This document shows positions 23,812-38,700 of a stretch of 64,000 bases of DNA, piece by piece. Made by a program: the position numbers and the translations under genes. Source of the DNA: Mayamaea pseudoterrestris (Eukaryota); the NCBI GenBank assembly GCA_027923505.1, contig BROI01000030.1:62001-126000 (forward strand). The letters are read 5' to 3'. Numbering within the stretch: position 1 is the stretch's first letter; each line of letters opens with the position of its first letter. The notes under the pieces are model-generated. The model was given only the letters and a program-made list of their open reading frames with translations. It made no database searches and was not told the DNA's origin.

Positions 23812-26795
23812 TGGCTTGCTGTAGGGGCGTTTGAATGTCACGGCATCCTGCAGGCTGAGACTTGGTGACAAGTTGTACCTAATATCATTGTCCCCCTGAG
23901 ACACTAGCCAGGCATACCATCTTGTTGTGCAGCCTGAATAATGATGTTGGCACCATTCTGGTGTCATTTGGGTGTATACATGGCCTGCTGGGGGCGTTTG
24001 AATTTCCGGCATCTGCAGGCTGAGACTGGTGACAAGTTGTCACCAATATCATTGCCATCCCTGAGACACTAGCCAGGCATCCATCTTGTTGCAGCCCTGA
24101 TTAATGATGTTGGCACCATTCTGGTGTCATTTGGGTATACATGGCCTGCTGTAGGGGGCGTTTGAATGTTCACGGCATCTGCAGGCTGAGACTGGTGACA
24201 AGTTGTCACCAATATCATTGCCGTCCCCTGAGACACTTAGCCAGCATACCATCTTGTTGCGCAGCCTGAATAATGATGTTGGCACCATTCTGGTGTCATT
24301 TGGGTGTATACATGGCCTGCTGTAGGGGCATTTGAATGTCACGGCATCTGCGGGCTGAGACTGGTGACAAGTTGTCACCAATATCATTGCCATCCCCTGA
24401 GACACTAGCCAGGCATACCATCTTGTAGCGCAGCCTGCATAATGATGTTGGCACCATTCCAGTGTCAATTGGGTGTATACATAGCCTGCTGTAGGGGCGT
24501 TTGAATGTCACGGCATCTGCAGGGCAACTGTGACAAGTTGTCACCAATATCAGTCCCCCGAGACAACTAGCCAGGCATACCATCTTGTGGCGCAGCCTGA
24601 ATAATGATTGTTGGCACCATTCTGGTGTCATTTGGGTGTATACATGGCCTGTTGTAGGGGCATTTGAATGTCACCGCATCTGCAGGCTGAGACTGGTGAC
24701 AAGTTGTCACCAAATATCATTGCCCCCCTGAGACACTAGCCAGGCATACCATCTTGTAGCGCAGCCTGAATAATGATGTTGGCACCATTCTGGTGTCATT
24801 TGGGTGTATACATGGCCTGCTGTAGGGGCGTTTGAATGTCACGGCTTCTGCAGGCTGAGACTGGACAAGTTGTCACCAATATCATTGCCGTCCCCGAGAC
24901 ACTAGCCAGGCATACCATCTTGTAGCGCAGCCTGAATAATGATGTTGGCACCATTCTGGTGTCATTTGGGTGTATACATGGCCTGCTGTAGGGGCGTTTG
25001 AATGTCACGGCATCTGCAGGCTGAGACTGGTGACAAGTTGTCACCAATATCATTACCGTCCCCTGAGACACTAGCCAGGCATACCATCTTGTAGCGCAGC
25101 CTGAATAATGATGTTGGCACCATTCTGGTGTCTTTTGGTAGGCTGCTGTACAGGGGCGTTTGAATGTCACGGCATCTGGGCTGAGACTGGTGACAAGTTT
25201 CTATCACCGTCCCCTGAGACACTAGCCAGGCATACCATTTTGCGCGCAGTCTGAATAATGATGTTGGCACCATTCGGTGTCAATTGGGTGTATAATAGCC
25301 TGCGTAGGGGCGTTTGAATGTCCGGCATCTGCGCTGAGACTGGTGACAAGTTGTCACATTATCATTGGCACTAGCCAGGCATACCATCTTGTAGCACAGC
25401 CTGAATGATGATGTTGGCACCATTCTAGTGTCATTTGGGTGTATACATAGCCTGCTATAGGGGCAATTGAATGCGGCATCTGCCGGCTGAGACTGGTGAC
25501 AAGTTGTCACCAATCACAATGCCGTCCCCAGAGACACAAGCCAGGCATACCATCTTGTAGCGCAGCCTGAATGATGATGTTGGCACCATTCTGGTGTCAT
25601 TTGGGTGTATACATGGCCTGCTGTAGGGGCGTTTGAATGTCACGGCATCTGCAGGCTGAGACTGGTGACAAGTTGTCTCTAATATCATTGCCGTCCCCTG
25701 AGACACTAGCCAGGCATACCATCTTGTTGCGCAGCCTGAATAATGATGTTGGCACCATTCTGGTGTCATTTGGACTCATGGCCTGCTGTAGGGCATTTGA
25801 ATGTCACGGCATCGGCTGGAGAAGTTGTCACCAATATCATTACCATCCCCTGAGACACTTGCCAGGCATACCATCTTGTAGCGCAGCCTGAATAATGATG
25901 TTGGCACCATTCTGGTGTCATTTGGGTGTATACATGGCCTGCTGTAGGGGTGTTTGAATGGGCATTTGAATGTCATGGCATCTGCAGGCTGAGACTGGTG
26001 ACAAGTTGTCACCAATATCATTGCCGTCCCCTGAGACACTAGCCAGGCATACCATCTTGTTGCGCAGCCTGAATAATGATGTTGGCACCATTCTGGTGTC
26101 ATTTGGGTGTATACATGGCCTGCTGTAGGGGCGTTTGAATTGACACGGCATCTGCGGGCTGAGACTGGTGACAAGTTGTCACCAATATCATTGCCATCCC
26201 CTGAGACACTAGCCAGGCATACTATCTTGTAGCGCAGCCTGAATAATGATGTTGGCACCATTCTGGTGTATTTGGGTGTATACATGGGGCCTGCTGTAGT
26301 TGAAAGTCAGGCACGAGACTGGTGACAAGTTGTCACCAATATCATTGCCATCCCTGAGACACTAGCCAGGCATACCATCTTGTTGCGCAGCCTGAATAAT
26401 GATGTTGGCACCATTCTGGTGTCATTTGGGTGTATAATGGCCTGCTGTAGGGGCGTTTGAATGTCACGGCATCTGCGAGGCTGAGACTGGTGACAAGTTG
26501 TCACCAATATCATTGCTGTCCCCTGAGACACTAGCCAGGCATACCATCTTGTAGCGCAGTTTGAATAATGATGTTGGCACCATTCTGGTGTCATTTGGGT
26601 GTATACATGGCTTGCTGTAGGGGCATTTGAATGTCATGGCATCTGCAGGCTGAGACTGGTGACAAGTTGTCACCAATATCATTGCCATCCCCTGAGACAC
26701 TAGCCAGGCATACCATCTTGTACAGGAATAATGATGTTGGCACCATTCTGGTGTATTTGCCGCTACAGGGCCTGCTGTAGGGGCGTTTGAATGTC
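23812..26795. repeat. ~2.98-kb tandem segmental duplication within satellite B, copy 1 (about 18 monomers)
   Basis: Private variants recur at +2984, +2979 or +2981: GAATTTCCGGC (24000/26984), CATCGGCTGGAGAAG (25810/28791), GTTGAAAGTCAGGCACGAGAC (26299/29280). ORF pairs 24962/27943, 25776/28757 and 26307/29288 agree. Confidence 0.93.
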
Positions 26796-29776
26796 TGGCT
26801 TGCTGTAGGGGCGTTTGAATGTCACGGCATCCTGCAGGCTGAGACTTGGTGACAAGTTGTACCTAATATCATTGTCCCCCTGAGACACTAGCCAGGCATA
26901 CCATCTTGTTGTGCAGCCTGAATAATGATGTTGGCACCATTCTGGTGTCATTTGGGTGTATACATGGCCTGCTGGGGGCGTTTGAATTTCCGGCATCTGC
27001 AGGCTGAGACTGGTGACAAGTTGTCACCAATATCATTGCCATCCCTGAGACACTAGCCAGGCATCCATCTTGTTGCAGCCCTGATTAATGATGTTGGCAC
27101 CATTCTGGTGTCATTTGGGTATACATGGCCTGCTGTAGGGGGCGTTTGAATGTTCACGGCATCTGCAGGCTGAGACTGGTGACAAGTTGTCACCAATATC
27201 ATTGCCGTCCCCTGAGACACTTAGCCAGCATACCATCTTGTTGCGCAGCCTGAATAATGATGTTGGCACCATTCTGGTGTCATTTGGGTCATGGCCTGCT
27301 GTAGGGGCATTTGAATGTCACGGCATCTGCGGGCTGAGACTGGTGACAAGTTGTCACCAATATCATTGCCATCCCCTGAGACACTAGCCAGGCATACCAT
27401 CTTGTAGCGCAGCCTGCATAATGATGTTGGCACCATTCCAGTGTCAATTGGGTGTATACATAGCCTGCTGTAGGGGCGTTTGAATGTCACGGCATCTGCT
27501 GGGCAACTGTGACAAGTTGTCACCAATATCAGTCCCCCGAGACAACTAGCCAGGCATACCATCTTGTGGCGCAGCCTGAATAATGATTGTTGGCACCATT
27601 CTGGTGTCATTTGGGTGTATACATGGCCTGTTGTAGGGGCATTTGAATGTCACCGCATCTGCAGGCTGAGACTGGTGACAAGTTGTCACCAAATATCATT
27701 GCCCCCCTGAGACACTAGCCAGGCATACCATCTTGTAGCGCAGCCTGAATAATGATGTTGGCACCATTCTGGTGTCATTTGGGTGTATACATGGCCTGCT
27801 GTAGGGGCGTTTGAATGTCACGGCTTCTGCAGGCTGAGACTGGTGACAAGTTGTCACCAATATCATTGCCGTCCCCGAGACACTAGCCAGGCATACCATC
27901 TTGTAGCGCAGCCTGAATAATGATGTTGGCACCATTCTGGTGTCATTTGGGTGTATACATGGCCTGCTGTAGGGGCGTTTGAATGTCACGGCATCTGCAG
28001 GCTGAGACTGGTGACAAGTTGTCACCAATATCATTACCGTCCCCTGAGACACTAGCCAGGCATACCATCTTGTAGCGCAGCCTGAATAATGATGTTGGCA
28101 CCATTCTGGTGTCTTTTGGTAGGCTGCTGTACAGGGGCGTTTGAATGTCACGGCATCTGGGCTGAGACTGGTGACAAGTTTCTATCACCGTCCCCTGAGA
28201 CACTAGCCAGGCATACCATTTTGCGCGCAGTCTGAATAATGATGTTGGCACCATTCGGTGTCAATTGGGTGTATAATAGCCTGCGTAGGGGCGTTTGAAT
28301 GTCCGGCATCTGCGCTGAGACTGGTGACAAGTTGTCACATTATCATTGACACTAGCCAGGCATACCATCTTGTAGCACAGCCTGAATGATGATGTTGGCA
28401 CCATTCTAGTGTCATTTGGGTGTATACATAGCCTGCTATAGGGGCAATTGAATGCGGCATCTGCCGGCTGAGACTGGTGACAAGTTGTCACCAATCACAA
28501 TGCCGTCCCCAGAGACACAAGCCAGGCATACCATCTTGTAGCGCAGCCTGAATAATGATGTTGGCACCATTCTGGTGTCATTTGGGTGTATACATGGCCT
28601 GCTGTAGGGGCGTTTGAATGTCACGGCATCTGCAGGCTGAGACTGGTGACAAGTTGTCTCTAATATCATTGCCGTCCCCTGAGACACTAGCCAGGCATAC
28701 CATCTTGTTGCGCAGCCTGAATAATGATGTTGGCACCATTCTGGTGTCATTTGGACTCATGGCCTGCTGTAGGGCATTTGAATGTCACGGCATCGGCTGG
28801 AGAAGTTGTCACCAATATCATTACCATCCCCTGAGACACTTGCCAGGCATACCATCTTGTAGCGCAGCCTGAATAATGATGTTGGCACCATTCTGGTGTC
28901 ATTTGGGTGTATACATGGCCTGCTGTAGGGGTGTTTGAATGGGCATTTGAATGTCATGGCATCTGCAGGCTGAGACTGGTGACAAGTTGTCACCAATATC
29001 ATTGCCGTCCCCTGAGACACTAGCCAGGCATACCATCTTGTTGCGCAGCCTGAATAATGATGTTGGCACCATTCTGGTGTCATTTGGGTGTATACATGGC
29101 CTGCTGTAGGGGCGTTTGAATTGACACGGCATCTGCGGGCTGAGACTGGTGACAAGTTGTCACCAATATCATTGCCATCCCCTGAGACACTAGCCAGGCA
29201 TACTATCTTGTAGCGCAGCCTGAATAATGATGTTGGCACCATTCTGGTGTATTTGGGTGTATACATGGGGCCTGCTGTAGTTGAAAGTCAGGCACGAGAC
29301 TGGTGACAAGTTGTCACCAATATCATTGCCATCCCTGAGACACTAGCCAGGCATACCATCTTGTTGCGCAGCCTGAATAATGATGTTGGCACCATTCTGG
29401 TGTCATTTGGGTGTATAATGGCCTGCTGTAGGGGCGTTTGAATGTCACGGCATCTGCGAGGCTGAGACTGGTGACAAGTTGTCACCAATATCATTGCTGT
29501 CCCCTGAGACACTAGCCAGGCATACCATCTTGTAGCGCAGTTTGAATAATGATGTTGGCACCATTCTGGTGTCATTTGGGTGTATACATGGCTTGCTGTA
29601 GGGGCATTTGAATGTCATGGCATCTGCAGGCTGAGACTGGTGACAAGTTGTCACCAATATCATTGCCATCCCCTGAGACACTAGCCAGGCATACCGTCTT
29701 GTACAGGAATAATGATGTTGGCACCATTCTGGTGTATTTGCCGCTACAGGGCCTGCTGTAGGGGCGTTTGAATGTC
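26796..29776. repeat. ~2.98-kb tandem segmental duplication within satellite B, copy 2
   Basis: Starts TGGCTTGCTGTAGGGG...GCATCCTGCAGGCTGAGACTTGG as at 23812, and ends GTATTTGCCGCTACAGGG...GAATGTC as at 26795. Confidence 0.93.
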
Positions 29777-32700
29777 GGGGGAGATCAGGACAGTTGTCTT
29801 GCATCTCCTGAGACACTGAGCCAGGGGCATACATCTTGTAGCGCAGCCTGAATAATGATGTTGGCACCATTCTTGTATTTTGGCACCTACAGGGCCTGTA
29901 GGGGCGTTTGAATGTCACGGCATTCTGCGCGGGTAGACTGGTGACAAGTTGTCACCAATATCATTGCCGTCCCCTGAGACACTAGCCAGGCATACCATCT
30001 TGTAGCGCAGCCTGAATAATGATGTTGGCACCATTCTGGTGTCATTTGGGTGTATACATGGCCTGCTGTAGGGGCGTTTGAATGTCACGGCATCTGCGGG
30101 CTGAGACTGGTGACAAGTTGTCACCAATATCATTGCCATCCCCTGAGACACTAGCCAGGCATACCATCTTGTAGCGCAATTTGAATAATGATGTTGGCAC
30201 CATTCTGGTGTCATTTGGGTGTATACATGGCCTGCTGTAGGGGCGTTTGAATGTCACGGCATCTGCAGGCTGAGACTGGTGACAAGTTGTCACCAATATC
30301 ATTGCCGTCCCCTGAGACACTAGCCAGGCATACCATCTTGTAGCGCAGCCTGAATAATGATGTTGGCACCATTCTGGTGTATTGGTGTACTACAGGCCTG
30401 CTGCAGGGGCGTTTGAATGTCACGGCATCTGCAGGCTGAGACTGGTGACAAGTTGTCACCAATATCATTGCTGTCCCCTGAGACACTAGCCAGGCATACC
30501 ATCTTGTTGCGCAGCCTGAATAATGATGTTGGCACCATTCTGGTGTCATTTGGGTGTATACATGGCCTGCTGTAGGGGCGTTTGAATGTCACGGCATCTG
30601 CAGGCTGAGACTGGTGACAAGTTGTCACCAATATCATTGCCGTCCCCTGAGACACTAGCCAGGCATACCATCTTGTAGTGCAGCCTGAATAATGATGTTG
30701 GCACCATTCTGGTGTCATTTGGGTGTATACATGGCCTGCTGTAGGGGCGTTTGAATGTCACGGCATCTGCAGGCTGAGACTGGTGACAAGTTGTCACCAA
30801 TATCATTGCCGTCCCCTGAGACACTAGCCAGGCATACCATCTTGTAGCGCAGCCTGAATAATGATGTTGGCACCATTCTGGTGTCTTTTGGGCGCATACA
30901 GGGCTTGCTGTAGGGGCGTTTGAATGTCACGGCATCTGCGGGCTGAGACTGGTGACAAGTTGTCACCAATATCATTGCCGTCCCCTGAGACACTAGCCAG
31001 GCATACCATCTTGTAGCGCAGCCTGAATAATGATGTTGGCACCATTCTGGTGTATTTTGGGCACCTACAGGGCTTGCTGTAGGGGCGTTTGAATGTCACG
31101 GCATCTGCAGGCTGAGACTGGTGACAAGTTGTCACCAATATCATTGCCGTCCCCTGAGACACTAGCCAGGCATACCATCTTGTAGCGCAGCCTGAATAAT
31201 GATGTTGGCACCATTCTGGTGTATTTTGGGCACATACATGGCCTGCTGTAGGGGCGTTTGAATGTCACGGCATCTGCAGGCTGAGACTGGTGACAAGTTG
31301 TCACCAATATCATTGCTGTCCCCTGAGACAATAGTTAGGCATACCATCTTGTGGCGCAGTTTGTATAATAATGTTGGCACCATTCTGGTGTCATTTGGGT
31401 CTATACATGGCCTGCTGTACGTCACGGCATCTGCAGGCTGAGACTGGTGACAAGTTGTCACCAATATCATTGCCATTGCCTGAGACACTAGCCAGGCATA
31501 CCATCTTGTAGCGCAGCCTGAATAATGATGTTGGCACCATTCTGGTGTCATTTGGGTGTATACATGGCCTGCTGTAGGGGCGTTTGAATGTCACGGCATC
31601 TGCGGGCTGAGACTGGTGACAAGTTGTCACCAATATCATTGCCGTCCCCTGAGACACTAGCCAGGCATACCATCTTGTAGCGCAGCCTGAATAATGATGT
31701 TGGCACCATTCTGGTGTCATTTGGGTGTATACATGGCCTGCTGTTAGGGCGTTTGAATGTCACGGCATCTGCAGGCTGAGACTGGTGACAAGTTGTCACC
31801 AATATCATTGCCGTCCCCTGAGACACTAGCCAGGCATACCATCTTGTAGCGCAGCCTGAATAATGATGTTGGCACCATTCTGGTGTATTTTGGGTACCTA
31901 CAGGGCTTGCTGTAGGGGCGTTTGAATGTCACGGCATCTGCGGGCTGAGACTGGTGACAAGTTGTCACCAATATCATTGCCGTCCCCTGAGACACTAGCC
32001 AGGCATACCATCTTGTAGCGCAGCCTGAATAATGATGTTGGCACCATTGTGGTGTAATTTCTACACATACAGGGCCTGCTGTAGGCGCGTTTGAATGTCA
32101 CGGCATCTGCAGGCTGAGACTGGTGACAAGTTGTCACCAATATCATTGCCGTCCCCTGAGACACTAGCCAGGCATACCATCTTGTTAGCGCAGCCTGAAT
32201 AATGATGTTGGCACCATTCTGGTGTCATTTGGGTGTATACATGGCCTGCTGTAGGGCGTTTGAATGTCACGGCATCTGCAGGCTGAGACTGGTGACAAGT
32301 TGTCACCAATATCATTGCCGTCCCCTGAGACACTAGCCAGGCATACCATCTTGTAGCGCAGCCTGAATAATGATGTTGGCACCATTCTGGTGTCATTTGG
32401 GTGTATACATGGCCTGCTGTAGGGGCGTTTGAATGTCACGGCATCTGCAGGCTGAGACTGGTGACAAGTTGTCACCAATATCATTGCCGTCCCCTGAGAC
32501 ACTAGCCAGGCATACCATCTTGTAGCGCAGCCTGAATAATGATGTTGGCACCATTCTGGTGTCATTTGGGTGTATACATGGCCTGCTGAAGGGCGTTTGA
32601 ATGTCACGGCATCTGCAGGCTGAGACTGGTGACAAGTTGTAACCAATATCATTGCCGTCCCCCGAGACACTAGCCAGGCATACCATCTTGTAGCGCAGCC

Positions 32701-35700
32701 TGAATAATGATGTTGGCACCATTCTGGTGTTATTTGGGCGTATACGTGGCCTGCGGGGCGTTTGAATGTCACGGCATCTGCGGCTGAGACTGGTGACAAG
32801 TTGTCACCAATATCATTGCCGCCCCTGAGACACTAGCCAGGCATACCATCTTGTGGCGCAGCCGAAATGATGTTGGCACCATTCTGGTGTCATTTGGGTG
32901 CATACAGGGCCTGCTGTAGGGGCGTTTGAATGTCACGGCATCTGCAGGCTGAGACTGGTGACAAGTTGTCACCAATATCATTGCCGTCCCCTGAGACACT
33001 AGCCAGGCATACCATCTTGTTGCGCAGCCTGAATAATGATGTTGGCACCATTCTGGTGTCATTTGGGTGTACCTACATGGCCTGCTGTAGGGGCGTTTGA
33101 ATGTCACGGCATCTGCAGGCTGAGACTGGTGACAAGTTGTCACCAATATCATTGCCGTCCCCTGAGACACTAGCCAGGCATACCATCTTGTAGCGCAGCC
33201 TGAATAATGATGTTGGCACTATTCTGGTGTCATTTGGGTGTATACATGGCCTGCTGAAGGGCGTTTGAATGTCACGGCATCTGCAGGCTGAGACTGGTGA
33301 CAAGTTGTCACCAATATCATTGCCGTCCCCTGAGACACTAGCCAGGCATACCATCTTGTAGCGCAGCCTGAATAATGATGTTGGCACCATTCTGGTGTCA
33401 TTTGGGTGTATACATGGCCTGCTGTAGGGGCGTTTGAATGTCACGGCATCTGCAGGCTGAGACTGGTGACAAGTTGTCACCAATATCATTGCCGTCCCCT
33501 GAGACACTAGCCAGGCATACCATCTTGTTGCGCAGCCTGAATAATGATGTTGGCACCATTCTGGTGTCATTTGGGTGTATACATGGCCTGCTGTAGGGGC
33601 GTTTGAATGTCACGGCATCTGCGGGCTGAGACTGGTGACAAGTTGTCACCAATATCATTGCCGTCCCCTGAGACACTAGCCAGGCATACCATCTTGTAGC
33701 GCAGCTTGAATAATGATGTTGGCACCATTCTGGTGTCATTTGGGTGTATACATGGCCTGCTGTAGGGGCGTTTGAATGTCACGGCATCTGCAGGCTGAGA
33801 CTGGTGACAAGTTGTCACCAATATCATTGCCGTCCCCTGAGACACTAGCCAGGCATACCATCTTGTAGCGCAGCCTGAATAATGATGTTGGCACCATTCT
33901 GGTGTCATTTGGGTGTATACATGGCCTGCTGTAGGGGCGTTTGAATGTCACGGCATCTGCGGGCTGAGACTGGTGACAAGTTGTCACCAATATCATTGCC
34001 GTCCCCTGAGACACTAGCCAGGCATACCATCTTGTAGCGCAGCCTGAATAATGATGTTGGCACCATTCTGGTGTCATTTGGGTGTATACAGGGCTTGCTG
34101 TAGGGGCGTTTGAATGTCACGGCATCTGCGGGCTGAGACTGGTGACAAGTTGTCACCAATATCATTGCCGTCCCCTGAGACACTAGCCAGGCATACCATC
34201 TTGTTGCGCAGCCTGAATAATGATGTTGGCACCATTCTGGTGTCATTTGGCTGTAATCAACGCATGATGTAGGGGCGTTTGAATGTCACGGCATCTGCAG
34301 GCTGAGACTGGTGACAAGTTGTCACCAAATATCATTGCCGTCCCCTGAGACACTAGCCAGGAATACCATCTTGTAGCGCAGCCTGAACAATGATGTTGGC
34401 ACCATTCTGGTGTCATTTGGGTCTATACATGGCCTGCTGTACGTCACGGCATCTGCAGGCTGAGACTGGTGACAAGTTGTCACCAATATCATTGCCATCC
34501 CCTGAGACACTAGCCAGGCATACCATCTTGTAGCGCAGCCTGAATAATGATGTTGGCACCATTCTGGTGTCATTTGGGTGTATACATGGCCTGCTGTAGG
34601 GGCGTTTGAATGTCACGGCATCTGCAGGCTGAGACTGGTGACAAGTTGTCACCAATATCATTGCCATCCCCTGAGACACCCAGGCATACCATTTCGCAGC
34701 CGAATAATGATGTTGGCACCATTCTGGTGTCATTTGGGTGTATACATGGCCTGCTGTAGGGGCGTTTGAATGTCACGGCATCTGCGGGCTGAGACTGGTG
34801 ACAAGTTGTCACCAATATCATTGCCGTCCCCTGAGACACTAGCCAGGCATACCATCTTGTAGCGCAGCCTGAATAATGATGTTGGCACCATTCTGGTGTC
34901 ATTTGGGTGAACAGGCGGCCTGTAGGGGCGTTTGAATGTCACGGCATCTGCGGGCTGAACTGGTGACAAGTTGTCACCAATATCATTGCCGTCCCCGAGA
35001 CACTAGCCAGGCATACCATCTTGTAGCGCAGCCTGAATAATGATGTTGGCACCATTCTGGTGTCATTTGGGTGTATACATGGCCTGCTGTAGGGGCGTTT
35101 GAATGTCACGGCATCTGCAGGCTGAGACTGGTGACAAGTTGTCACCAATATCATTGCCCCCCGAGACACTAGCCAGGCATACCATCTTGTAGCGCAGCCT
35201 GAATAATGATGCTGGCACCAGACATTCTGGTGTCATACTGGCCGCTGTAGGGGCGTTTGAATGTCACGGCACTGCGGCTGAGACTGGTGACAAGTTGTCA
35301 CCACAATTGCTGGCCACCCGAGACACTAGCCGGCATACCATCTTGCAGCGCAGCCTGAATAATGATGTTGGCACCATTCTGGTGTCATTTGGGTGTATAC
35401 ATGGCCTGCTGTAGGGGCGTTTGAATGTCACGGCATCTGCAGGCTGAGACTGGTGACAAGTTGTCACCAATATCATTGCCGTCCCCTGAGACACTAGCCA
35501 GGCATACCATCTTGTAGCGCAGCCTGAATAATGATGTTGGCACCATCCTGGTGTCATTTTGGGGGCAACAGGCCGCAGGGGCGTTTGAATGTCACGGCAT
35601 CTGCAGGCTGAGACTGGTGACAAGTTGTCACCAATATCATTGCCGCCCCGAGACACTAGCCAGGCATACCATCTTGTTGCGCAGCCTGAATAATGATGTT

Positions 35701-38700
35701 GGCACCATTCTGGTGTCATTTGGGTGTATACATGGCCTGCTGTAGGGGCGTTTGAATGTCACGGCATCTGCGGGCTGAGACTGGTGACAAGTTGTCACCA
35801 ATATCATTGCCGTCCCCTGAGACACTAGCCAGGCATACCATCTTGTAGCGCAGCCTGAATAATGATGTTGGCACCATTCTGGTGTCATTTGGGTGTATAC
35901 ATGGCCTGCTGTAGGGGCGTTTGAATGTCACGGCATCTGCAGGTTGAGACTGCGACAAGTTGTCACCAAACATTGCCGTCCCCCGAGACACTAGCCAGGC
36001 ATACCATCTTGTAGCGCAGCCTGAATAATGATGTTGGCACCATTCTGGTGTCATTTGGGTGTACAGGCCTGCGTAGGGGCGTTGAATGTCACTGCATCTG
36101 CGGGCTGAGACTGGTGACAAGTTGTCACCAATATCATTGCCGTCCCCTGAGACACTAGCCAGGCATACCATCTTGTAGCGCAGCCTGAATAATGATGTTG
36201 GCACCATTCTGGTGTCATTTGGGTGTATACATGGCCTGCTGTAGGGGCGTTTGAATGTCACGGCATCTGCAGGCTGCGACATGTACAAAGTTGTCACCAA
36301 TATCTCCCCCCTCGACGCAGTTCCGAGCCAGGCATACCATCTTGTTGCGCAGCCTGAATAATGATGTTGGCACCATTCTGGTGTCATTTGGGTGTATACA
36401 TGGCCTGTTCTAGGGGCGTTTGAATGTCACGGCATCTGCAGGCTGAGACTGGTGACAAGTTGTCACCAATATCATTGCCGTCCCCTGAGACACTAGCCAG
36501 GCATACCATCTTGTAGCGCAGCCTGAATAATGATGTTGGCACGATTCTGGTGTCATTTGGGTGTATACAGGGCCTGCTGTAGGGGCGTTTGAATGTCACG
36601 GCATCTGCGGGCTGAGACTGGTGACAAGTTGTCACCAATATCATTGCCGTCCCCTGAGACACTAGCCAGGCATACCATCTTGTAGCGCAGCCTGAATAAT
36701 GATGTTGGCACCATTCTGGTGTCATTTGGGTGCATACATGGCCTGCTGTAGGGGCGTTTGAATGTCACGGCATCTGCAGGCTGAGACTGGTGACAAGTTG
36801 TCACCAATATCATTGCCGTCCCCTGAGACACTAGCCAGGCATACCATCTTGTTGCGCAGCCTGAATAATGATGTTGGCACCATTCTGGTGTCATTTGGGT
36901 GTATACATGGCCTGCTGTAGGGGCGTTTGAATGTCACGGCATCTGCAGGCTGAGACTGGTGACAAGTTGTCACCAATATCATTGCCGCCCCCTGAGACAC
37001 TAGCCAGGCATACCATCTTGTAGCGCAGCCTGAATAATGATGTTGGCACCATTCTGGTGTCATTTGGGTGTATACATGGCCTGCTGTAGGGGCGTTTGAA
37101 TGTCACGGCATCTGCAGGCTGAGACTGGTGACAAGTTGTCACCAATATCATTGCCGTCCCCTGAGACACTAGCCAGGCATACCATCTTGTAGCGCAGCCT
37201 GAATAATGATGTTGGCACCATTCTGGTGTCATTTGGGTGTATACATGGCCTGCGTGGGCGCTTGAATGTCACGGCATCTGCAGGCTGAGACTAGTGACAA
37301 GTTGTCACCAATACCATTGCCGTCCCCTGAGACACTATCCAGGCATACCATCTTGTAGCGCAGCCTGAATAATGATGTTGGCACCATTCTGGTGTCATTT
37401 GGGTGTATACATGGCCTGCTGTAGGGGCGTTTGAATGTCACGGCATCTGCGGGCTGAGACTGGTGACAAGTTGTCACCAAATACATTGCCATCCCTTGAG
37501 ACACCAGCCAAGCCCAGCCTGTATAATGATGCTGGCACCATTCTGGTGTCATTTGGGTGTAGACATAGCCTGCTGTAGGGGCGTTTGAATGTCACGGCAT
37601 CTGCAGGCTGAGACTGGTGACAAGTTGTCACCAATAACATTGCCGTCCCCTGAGACACTAGCCAGGCATACCATCTTGTTGCGCAGCCTGAATAATGATG
37701 TTGGCACCATTCTGGTGTCATTTGGGTGTATACATGGCCTGCTGTAGGGGCGTTTGAATGTCACGGCATCTGCAGGCTGAGACTGGTGACAAGTTGTCAC
37801 CAATATCATTGCCGTCCCCTGAGACACTAGCCAGGCATACCATCTTGTAGCGCAGCCTGAATAATGATGTTGGCACCATTCTGGTGTCATTTGGGTGTAT
37901 ACATGGCCTGCTGTAGGGGCGTTTGAATGTCACGGCATCTGCGGGCTGAGACTGGTGACAAGTTGTCACCAATATCATTGCCATCCCCTGAGACACTAGC
38001 CAGGCATACCATCTTGTAGCGCAGCCTGAATAATGATGTTGGCACCATTCTGGTGTCATTTGGGTGGATACATGGCCTGCTGTAGGGGCGTTTGAATGTC
38101 ACGGCATCTGCAGGCTGAGACTGGTGACAAGTTGTCACCAATATCACTGCCGCCCCCTGAGACACTAGCCAGGCATACCATCTTGTAGCGCAGCCTGAAT
38201 AATGATGTTGGCACCATTCTGGTGTCATTTGGGTGTATACATGGCCTGCTGTAGGGGCGTTTGAATGTCACGGCATCTGCGGGCTGAGACTGGTGACAAG
38301 TTGTCACCAATATCATTGCTGTCCCCTGAGACACTAGCCAGGCATACCATCTTGTTGCGCAGCCTGAATAATGATGTTGGCACCATTCTGGTGTCATTTG
38401 GGTGTATACATGGCCTGCTGTAGGGGCGTTTGAATGTCACGGCATCTGCAGGCTGAGACTGGTGACAAGTTGTCACCAATATCATTGCCGTCCCCTGAGA
38501 CACTAGCCAGGCATACCATCTTGTAGCGCAGCCTGAATAATGATGTTGGCACCATTCTGGTGTCATTTGGGTGCATACATGGCCTGCTGTAGGGGCGTTT
38601 GAATGTCACGGCATCTGCAGGCTGAGACTGGTGACAAGTTGTCACCAATATCATTGCCGTCCCCTGAGACACTAGCCAGGCATACCATCTTGTAGCGCAG

